Below, in pieces: positions 58,016-64,000 of a stretch of DNA of 64,000 nt. The DNA is from Lingula anatina (lineage: Eukaryota; Animalia; Brachiopoda), in contig CM120640.1 in NCBI GenBank assembly GCA_051362555.1, positions 37,591,967 through 37,655,966 of the forward strand, in the 5' to 3' direction. The notes beneath the pieces were generated by a model that worked only from the letters and a program-made list of their open reading frames with translations, searched no databases and had not been told where the DNA came from. The translations under genes and the position numbers were made by a program. How positions within the stretch are numbered: the stretch's first letter is position 1; each line of letters starts with the position of its first letter.

Positions 58016-59382
58016 AAACCGACGTGTAACAGGTGAATTATCATATAGATTGTAACTTGTCTGCTAAATTAGAAATGCAATTCAAACTGTTTTGAGTATT
58101 TTTTGTCATTTTCAATGCTGTCACAATGCTATCAACATCATGTATTTTTTTTTATTATACCACAGTATGAAATTCAACACAAAACTCAGGATAACATTTT
58201 TCTTTAGTTGACGGTTTGCGTGCATCACCTGTATTACCCATCTCTGAAACAGTTTACCACTGGGGAAAGCTTAAGTCTCTTTGATTGGCGTACCATAGGC
58301 ACCGTGCTAGGATCAGGGGGGTTATCAGATTATATCCGTGCCATCATCAGCACGGTATCGGAAGATTACCAAACGTCATTTATGTGTTGCGATAAGTGCA
58401 TGGGGAGGTTAGTGTTAATTAAAGAAGGCGATGGTTTTATTATGATAGTGCACTGTTTGTGTAATAGCGCTTCAGAAAGGAAACCTGTACCCCAGTGCCG
58501 GCGGTATTACTGGAAGGCCTGCCGGAATAAGTTTGAGGTAACACTGCAGCTGCGAATCAGGAAGACCAACCCGCCAGTATGTGTGGCATTGTGTGCTCTG
58601 GTAGGTGATGAGTGAGACACAAAAAAGTACAGTCACACCTTTTAGATCAACATTTCCTGATAAAATGTAAACTGCCACTTTGGAAAACAGTCAAATGTCA
58701 TAAATCCGGGCTGGGCTTTAAATCAAAATGTGGTCTAATCCAATTAAATCTGAAATTGATTCTATACAGTGTTTTACAAACTCCGTACGTGACACTAGCC
58801 ACTATTGAAAAAATACGGTATTAATATCTGAACAACACTTTATGGTGCTACCATCGCCATTGTTTTATTCTGTTTTGACAACCTAAATACAGGTGCCCAA
58901 TGCCAGGCAACAGGGATATCAGTTTAACGGTTGTATGAGATATCAAGTATGTCAAAAGCCACTTATTAAATGGGGTTGAAATCCAGTGAAAACGTTATCG
59001 TGAAATCTTTAAAATTGTGAGAGGATTCCTAAAGATATCAATATAAATTAATGTATTTGTTCTAGTACAGAATCAAGTATTTTAAACTCGTTTTTTTTCT
59101 GTTAGCGCTTTATGCTTGCTGTGTATGACGGTGATATCAATGACATATATCTATATCCTTTTTTGAAAGCTTATTTACAGACATCCGATGTTCCAGGATT
59201 ACAACCTACAAGTACATTAATTTAACCAATGGCTGAATAAGATAGTACATTAGTATATTTTTTAGTTATTTTGTTTTGAATTTGTTTACATGTCTTTTAA
59301 TATCCCTTTATTCTTACTCACTATTGGTTTTATTCAACTATGATGCAATGATTGTAATTATCCAGCCTTCGGGTTGCAAGTT

Positions 59383-59386
<4 letters not shown>

Positions 59387-59431
<45 letters not shown>
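59387..59431. repeat. (AAT)15 microsatellite
   Basis: Seen directly. Confidence 0.95.
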
Positions 59432-59432
<1 letters not shown>

Positions 59433-60057
59433 TCTTGTGTATGCTTATCACAATTTAAATCACAGAAAGTCGAAATCGAGTGAAAAAGTCATCCAATCAC
59501 AAAAAATACAAAACATGTTTGAGGATTCCCAAAAGATATCTAGATTTCACTCTACTAAAAAGTGTTTTATGCTTCTAGAAATAATGATCTCATGCACGCA
59601 TGTAAATGTCTAAATTAAGAGGTCATTGTTCTCTTGTTAACACCTTGAACGTCCTGCTCGTGTAATCACTTTTAAAAGAAATGAATCTGCACGAAACTTT
59701 TGGGACATGTGTAATGTGCCACGTGTTGTTTGATAAGCTCTTTTCTGTGTAAATCTAAGACGTAAATACAAGCCTGTATTCTAAGGAATGAACTGTTGCC
59801 CTTCTAACTAAACGGGTTACGCCAAGAATGTATGTATAAATGTATTTATGTGTGTGTGAAGTCACTGCTGCGATAAAAAGATGGCAAATACAGAATACTT
59901 CTATTCTACGCCAGTGTTTTTTCTCTTGTTTAACGCCAAGGAGCCAAACTTCAAAGCAACAGATAATGCGCGTCTCTGATTATATTACATAAAATGGATG
60001 GAGTTACAGAAACGAACAGAAGTGAATAGAAGTAGCTCTTAAAAAAAGACGCGCTGC

Positions 60058-60476
60058 TATAAATACAGAATTTCCAGAGAAGAGTTTGCATCAGTAATTC
60101 TAGCCACTCAATTCGGACTTCCGCCGAGCTAGTAAGTGTCTCTTACGGCATGTCTCCCACAAAGTCTCCAGAGAGCGAAATGCAATAACATTCAACAACC
60201 ATAACAACACCTTTCAGCACAAAACGCCGAACAAACTTTTTCGCCGTGCAACTGTCCTCGCCATTCATCATGTTCGTTTGTAATTTGTTGAGCGTGCAAG
60301 AAAGTCCTTTGAGAGTTTCCCGGAGGAAACACTTAAATCGAAACCAGCTGCTCTGTTTGATTAGGCTGACAGGGGTATTCTTACGGATGAGTGATTAATA
60401 ACGGAAGCCGGTGTCAGAGGTGTACTGCCCGGAGTCACGCAAACTAACGTCTGCCTGGTTAAGTAATTGAAGACAG
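60058..60476 (+). promoter_or_regulatory. Putative TATA promoter and non-coding first exon of the gene whose coding sequence starts at 62333
   Basis: TATAAATA at 60058; initiator-like TCAGT at 60091; about 390 nt of CpG-richer sequence ending in the donor CAG|GTATTT after 60476. Confidence 0.4.
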
Positions 60477-60693
60477 GTATTTATTGTATTCATTAAGGTT
60501 ATTGTAAGCGATAGGCTATTTCACTTTTAGGTTTCCCATTAATCATTTTACATGGAGCAGGTAGATATGTGAATTCTTTGGATTTTGAATTGTCAAATGA
60601 AAGCTGTGCGGAGCGAAGTGTGTACATACTAGCCATATGTCACGGCTTTTGCCCACCCTGCACTTTCTGATGTATGGATTTAGGGATGTTTTT

Positions 60694-60698
<5 letters not shown>

Positions 60699-60726
<28 letters not shown>
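60699..60726. repeat. Poly-A run
   Basis: About 28 consecutive A residues. Confidence 0.9.
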
Positions 60727-62332
60727 CATTTCTAGTTTACCAAGAAGTGATAATGATGACTTCAGTTTTCTATATCTGGCCTTCTTACACACTTACACGG
60801 CTTTCTGATTTTGTCGTACATTGTACGTTGACTTTATTGCTGGTTCCTTCCCTTATAGAAGTGAACTGTCGATGAGATATATTCGATTCTGAGTTTTTTA
60901 CCCGAAGTCAACATTTGAAGAGTGTTTGATAATAAAATTCTAATTGTTTTTGAGATGTGCGATGGGTCAAAAAACCCGAAAGTTTCCCTATGAGTTTTGC
61001 GTGTTTGCGACTTCTCCTGTTGATGTGTCATCGTTCTTAGAGGATTGTATTTCGGGATTACTGCATTGTTAAGACTTGTCTTAATTATTTTTTAAAGCCA
61101 GATGAATCATATAATATATTGTCTTTGTGGATATTGTGTCCCGCCTATTCGTATTCTCCTTTTGGTGATTGCTTGATCAAATTTAATGTATCTGAGCTGT
61201 CCCATGGGGGTGATTTATAGATCCCTTGTTTATCTAAAATATATAGGCACTTTAAGTTATTGTTGGACTTAATGCCGATGCCTCTTTTTATAGTGACATC
61301 TCCATCCTGCGAGTGGGCAAGCGTTAAATATAAGAACAGCGAAAAAATAAACAGCTATTCTGAGTGTGAATGATCAAGCAGTAAAAATTGACCGTAAACT
61401 TACATCTCAGAGGAAGCGAACAGGTAATCTGTGCCGGCGAAAAGTACGAAATGAAGTATATTTTCCAGTCTAGTAATTTCAAGGTGGATGTTTATGCCTT
61501 TTTTGGCATTGGTTCAAAATGTCTGATTGATGATTGTTTTATACCAATTGATGTGCCATAGACAGTTTGTATACACCCCGTAAGACTTAATGTCCTTAGA
61601 ATAATGGCTTTATTGAATTTGATATATTTATTGACAAATGCGAAGCCCTTGATGAGTGAAGGGCAACGTCATCGAACCCTACATAGGTTGCTTTGAAATT
61701 ACAGAAGTTTGTAAGACGAGAACAAGCAATTAAAACAGTTCTGGCATTCACATATGGAGTCAGTGCGCCTCGTATTTGTATCCAATCAACAAAAGATTGG
61801 TCACCGCTTTTCGGAGGTTTCACAATGCTTCGTAATTGCATCCAGGCCTTACGGCACACAAAGGATTCAGTTGTTGTTGACATTTATGTCTGTCTGCGGT
61901 TCTGCTCTTAGCACAGTTCAGAACGGACGGCAACAAACACTTCGGCGTTATCTATGCTTCTGACAAGATGTCGTATATATATTCTCTGTTGGAATATCTG
62001 AAGAGTACTGAAAACTGTGTGTAACATTTTGTTTTTGGTGATATTTCTTTGGCAACAAACCTTGCCTTTCCGCCTTTGCCGAGTTTTAAGCGTCTCTGGA
62101 ATTAGATCTTCCAAACAAGTCTGTTGGCTTTTCAAAATCTGACGTATATCAAAGCATGGCGATGCCTTATTTCGTAAAGCAGAAACGTTTAGGATGGCTT
62201 CTTGGTGTTTTTCTTTGTTTAATGATCATTTGCAGGGATAATTGCTAGACTACCGATATTCATTATTGGCATTGTTAAAAGAAATATTCCATTTATTGTA
62301 ATGCCTTGCACTGTATGTTCTACATTCCAGGT

Positions 62333-62415
62333 ATGCATCGGATAGCGAACCTCATCTTAACGACATTATTCCTGGTTTTATTATTGAGTAAAGGCACCGG
62401 CAGCGTGGATTGCAG
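62333..62415 (+). CDS. Putative first coding exon (signal peptide) of an unidentified secreted or membrane protein; the gene probably continues beyond the window
   Basis: Acceptor TTCTACATTCCAG| at 62330, ATG two nt later, translation MHRIANLILTTLFLVLLLSKGTGSVDC, then a consensus donor CAG|GTAAGT. It is too short for the ORF track. Confidence 0.6.
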
Positions 62416-62440
62416 GTAAGTTAATCACGATATTCCTTAT

Positions 62441-62444
<4 letters not shown>

Positions 62445-62490
<46 letters not shown>
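62445..62490. repeat. (GA)n microsatellite
   Basis: Seen directly. Confidence 0.95.
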
Positions 62491-62493
<3 letters not shown>

Positions 62494-64000
62494 TGGGGGG
62501 GGGGCAATCATCGCGCTATAGAAGATATTCCACCTGCATCATATAATTTTCGGTAAAACATGGATGTATCTCAGCAACCAATTAAAATATTTGTTTTGGT
62601 AGTAGGTATGTATGTTTCTGAATGTATTATTTCACAATTTTTGGGCACTTTCACACAGCTGAAAGTATTGGTCAAATTACTGCTTAATTGGGAACAAATA
62701 CGCCTAACAATTCATTTCTGTCAACGTGTTTCATGTGTTATTGCCATAGAAGTTTACACAGTAGCTTGTTTCATTTCTTTTCAATCTTTTCAAGATATCT
62801 TTAGATATACTTTTGCTATGATAAATAACTTTTCACCACCAAGCAAGTCTGTTTGTTTGCACCAGGAAATTTCCCATAAGACCAATAGTTTTTATATCAT
62901 TTCGAACGTTATTAATGATGTATGATATGTGTGCTTAATGTAATAAGAAGAGATGAAGAGATATGCAGGGAAGAGCTATTTGATTCTAACGCTACTGCTT
63001 TAACACAATACCTTGAACCTTACTTTGCCAAAAACTTCAAAGAGAACCATTTGCAGAACTGAATAAGTCAAAATAAATAGAGCTTATTCAACCAATTTGT
63101 ATATCAGTGTCGAAGTGTCTATCCAAAGGTTAATTTCAGCTTTTTAATATCTAAAAGTTCTTTGAGTTTTGACGCGAAGTAATACAATTAAAGTTAATGC
63201 CGCTTTTGTATTTATCGATAAAGAATTAGCCTACGCATAGAAATACTATTAATGACAGCATATAGGGAATTAATGAAGTTGACTTTCAGAAAAAGACATC
63301 CATGATTAATCCCTTAATTTTGATCAATGTGACTAGACGGTTTGGTTCAATAATCATATGTTAGATTCATTTCTATTGGACGTTTTTTCTTTTGGTTATG
63401 GATATTGGTTTTGAAGTATTGTTAAAGGCGAATGTTCAGCGGACATTTGAGAAATATAGGACATTATGTTTTTTTTTTTTGTTGTTAAATTTTGAAGTTA
63501 AGCGTTTAGGTATAACTCATTATTTAACCTGTTAGGCATTTAAGTATAACTCGCTATTAATGTGTTTTGTATTATTTTAAGCGACTCGTTTTAGTTTAAC
63601 ATGTAAATGCACGCGTGAGTTAACCTTTAAATGGACACGAATCTTCGCGTGCCTTTGCGCGTGGGTGCTTGTCAACGCCGACAGGTAAACTGCTGACTAT
63701 CGCGCCACCACTTTCTTCAGAACACACGACAAGCAGACCTTTCGTAAAGGGCAGAATCGATCCCCAATCCCGATAAGTACATTTCATGGCTGTGTTCTAA
63801 TCTACATGCCTAATAGTTAAGCTCATGTATATAGTGTATAGTTAATGGTTGGATACTTTTGCAATGCAGAAATGAACGAGTAACATGCATGTACATTTAA
63901 AGAAACGGCTGGACCTATACACGCAATGCCAGAGTCCCATAAGTTAACGGACGATGGAGCTAAATGGTTAGAACAAGATGTAAGCCCGTAAAGCTGTCAG

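Noticed and set aside
59276-59458. Poly-Asn ORF
   Set aside because: It is a translation of the (AAT)n microsatellite.
44200-60000. Numerous 60-135 aa ORFs, including those at 49160-50191
   Set aside because: Their composition is typical of AT-rich non-coding DNA; I saw no transposase, reverse transcriptase or other domain motifs and no consistent exon chain.

Overview
AT-rich, intron-containing animal genomic DNA (GT-AG introns, microsatellites, MITEs). The gene content suggests a marine invertebrate, plausibly a lophotrochozoan; that assignment is inference. From left to right: (1) the 5' half of IFT172 (minus strand, about 22 exons, running off the left edge), with a complete secreted C1q-domain gene nested antisense in one of its introns; (2) a block of about 15 kb holding three microbial-style enzyme genes: an intronless IPNS-like 2OG/Fe(II) oxygenase, an intronless secreted GH15-like six-hairpin glycosidase, and a 14-exon secreted GH81 endo-beta-1,3-glucanase (about 1200 aa) that carries three copies of an unrecognised Cys/His/Trp-rich module of about 100 aa plus a furin-type site; (3) two ciliary/sperm genes, a Tctex1-domain dynein light chain and a C4orf45/SPMIP2-like gene; (4) about 18 kb of non-coding DNA with small MITEs, ending in the putative promoter and signal-peptide exon of an unidentified gene that runs off the right edge. 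All exon boundaries were read by eye and no database searches were run.
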